From NCBI GenBank assembly GCA_027492795.1, contig JAPUEB010000035.1:63221-127220 (forward strand): a DNA stretch of 64,000 bases. The letters run 5' to 3'. The stretch comes from Chryseobacterium sp. (GTDB lineage Bacteria; Bacteroidota; Bacteroidia; Flavobacteriales; Weeksellaceae). The first letter of the stretch is position 1. Every line of letters starts with the position of its first letter. Both the position numbers and the translations under genes were made by a program. Under the pieces are notes generated by a model that was not told the origin of the DNA, searched no databases, and saw only the letters and a list, made by a program, of their open reading frames with translations. Shown here one piece after another: positions 62,524 to 64,000 of this stretch.

Positions 62524-63774
62524 ATGTCAACAGCTACCAAAACCAAAAATTCGCAATATTTTATAGACCTAGAAAACCAGCACGGCGCACACAATTATCA
62601 CCCGCTTCCGGTGGTTTTGGATAAAGGTGAAGGCGTTTATGTTTGGGATGTGGAAGGTAAAAAATATTTCGATTTCCTTTCGGCTTATTCTGCTGTCAAT
62701 CAAGGGCATTCTCACCCAAAAATTGTGGAAGCTTTGGTGAATCAGGGGCAAAAACTGGCTTTAACTTCCCGAGCTTTTTACAATTCAAAATTAGGGGAAT
62801 ACGAAAAGAAAATTACCAAACTTTTTGGTTTTGATAAAGTTTTACCGATGAATTCTGGTGCGGAAGCGGTAGAAACTGCCATAAAAATTGCAAGAAAATG
62901 GGCTTACGAAGTAAAGGGGGTTCAAGGAAATACTGCGAAAATAATTGTTTGCGAAAATAACTTCCACGGAAGAACAACTACCATCGTTTCTTTTTCTACT
63001 GATCCCGAAGCAAGCACGAATTACGGACCTTACACTCCAGGTTTTATAAAAATTGCCTACAATGATACAGATGAGCTGGAAGATGTGTTGGAAGCTGAAG
63101 GAGAACATATTGCGGCGTTTTTGGTTGAGCCAATTCAGGGTGAAGCCGGTGTTTATGTTCCCTATGAAGGATTCTTAAAAAAAGCCTCCGAACTTTGCAA
63201 AAAACATAACGTACTTTTCATTGCAGACGAAGTTCAGACTGGAATTGCAAGAACAGGTAGATTAATTGCGTGTCATCACGAAGACGTTCAACCCGATATT
63301 TTAGTTTTAGGAAAAGCACTTTCCGGAGGAATGTATCCTGTTTCGGCAGTTTTGGCAAATAATAATATCATGAACGTTATTCATCCCGGACAACACGGTT
63401 CTACTTTTGGTGGAAATCCTTTAGCTTGTGCTGTTGCAATGGCGGCATTGGAAGTGGTGGAGGAAGAAAATCTTTCTGAAAAAGCCGAAAAATTGGGCAA
63501 AATTTTCAGAAATGAAATGAAAAAACTCATCGAAAAAACCGACCTTATTGCAAGTGTTCGTGGAAAAGGCTTGCTGAACGCCATCATCATCAACGATTCC
63601 CAACACTCTCCTACCGCATGGAATTTGTGCGTAGATCTAATGAAAAACGGACTTCTTGCAAAACCAACCCACGGAAACATCATCCGTCTTGCTCCACCTT
63701 TGGTAATTACCGAAGAACAACTGATGGAATGTGTGGCGATTATCGAAAAAACGGTTTTGGAGTTTAAGAGGTAA
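62524..63774 (+). CDS. rocD: Ornithine--oxo-acid aminotransferase
   Basis: 416 aa. [39 protein letters not shown] (PLP Lys). Confidence 0.9.
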   Translation: MSTATKTKNSQYFIDLENQHGAHNYHPLPVVLDKGEGVYVWDVEGKKYFDFLSAYSAVNQGHSHPKIVEALVNQGQKLALTSRAFYNSKLGEYEKKITKLFGFDKVLPMNSGAEAVETAIKIARKWAYEVKGVQGNTAKIIVCENNFHGRTTTIVSFSTDPEASTNYGPYTPGFIKIAYNDTDELEDVLEAEGEHIAAFLVEPIQGEAGVYVPYEGFLKKASELCKKHNVLFIADEVQTGIARTGRLIACHHEDVQPDILVLGKALSGGMYPVSAVLANNNIMNVIHPGQHGSTFGGNPLACAVAMAALEVVEEENLSEKAEKLGKIFRNEMKKLIEKTDLIASVRGKGLLNAIIINDSQHSPTAWNLCVDLMKNGLLAKPTHGNIIRLAPPLVITEEQLMECVAIIEKTVLEFKR

Positions 63775-64000
63775 TGAGACTTTCGGTTGCCGTCATTACT
63801 TTTAATGAAGAAAAAAACATTGAAAGACTTCTAAATTCTGTTAATGATATAGCAGATGAAATTGTTGTGGTCGACAGTTTTTCGACGGATAAAACAAAAA
63901 ATATTTGCGGAAAATTCAATAAAGTAAAATTTGTTCCGCATCAATTTGAAGGATATGGACCGCAGAAAAATTTCGCAATAGAAAATTGCGCCGGAAAATG
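63774..64000 (+). CDS. Family 2 glycosyltransferase (5' part, runs off window end)
   Basis: [20 protein letters not shown]...VVVDSFSTDKT. The ATG overlaps the rocD stop (TAATG). Confidence 0.7.
   Translation, partial: MRLSVAVITFNEEKNIERLLNSVNDIADEIVVVDSFSTDKTKNICGKFNKVKFVPHQFEGYGPQKNFAIENCAGK

Overview
AT-rich window with Bacteroidota/Flavobacteriia character. The evidence is TAnnTTTG -7 promoter boxes, T9SS C-terminal sorting domains, GxxExxY and DUF1573 genes, and an exbB-exbD-exbD-tonB block. A Chryseobacterium-like (Weeksellaceae) origin is inference only.

Most of the window is housekeeping: nusB-yajC, tRNA-His, bshB1, the TonB/ExbBD block, leuS, waaA, tilS, dsbD, nrnA, rpmH, ftsE, ribE, pdxA, yceD-rpmF-accB-accC and rocD.

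The accessory part (about 34.7-49.0 kb) is a complete membrane-bound [NiFe] uptake hydrogenase island. It holds small, large and cytochrome b subunits, a maturation protease, hypABCDEF, a UreH/NiCoT-like nickel permease, an FKBP and an interloping dinD/Bro-N gene.

The most unusual signal is not a gene cluster. It is heavy colonisation by several families of short palindromic or inverted-repeat elements, some of which sit in frame inside essential or functional genes:
- leuS (1216 aa, about 300 aa oversized) carries a 622-bp cassette. It has perfect 26-bp terminal inverted repeats, an intact DUF559 (Vsr-like) endonuclease domain and three 27-bp tandem repeats, all read in the LeuRS frame.
- leuS also carries a 32-nt hairpin element whose near-identical twin is intergenic after hypC.
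- hypF carries two 84-bp (28-codon) copies of a palindromic element plus a CACAGATTT-type repeat, and it lacks a canonical start codon for its acylphosphatase domain.
- A GxxExxY nuclease-fold gene is bracketed by 31-bp inverted repeats.
- Every intergenic gap of the hydrogenase island is filled with repeat elements.

A 112-nt three-tier UUCG-capped RNA structure with alternative downstream hairpins precedes a small Cys-rich secreted peptide gene.

All product calls rest on motif recognition in the translated ORFs. No database search was run.
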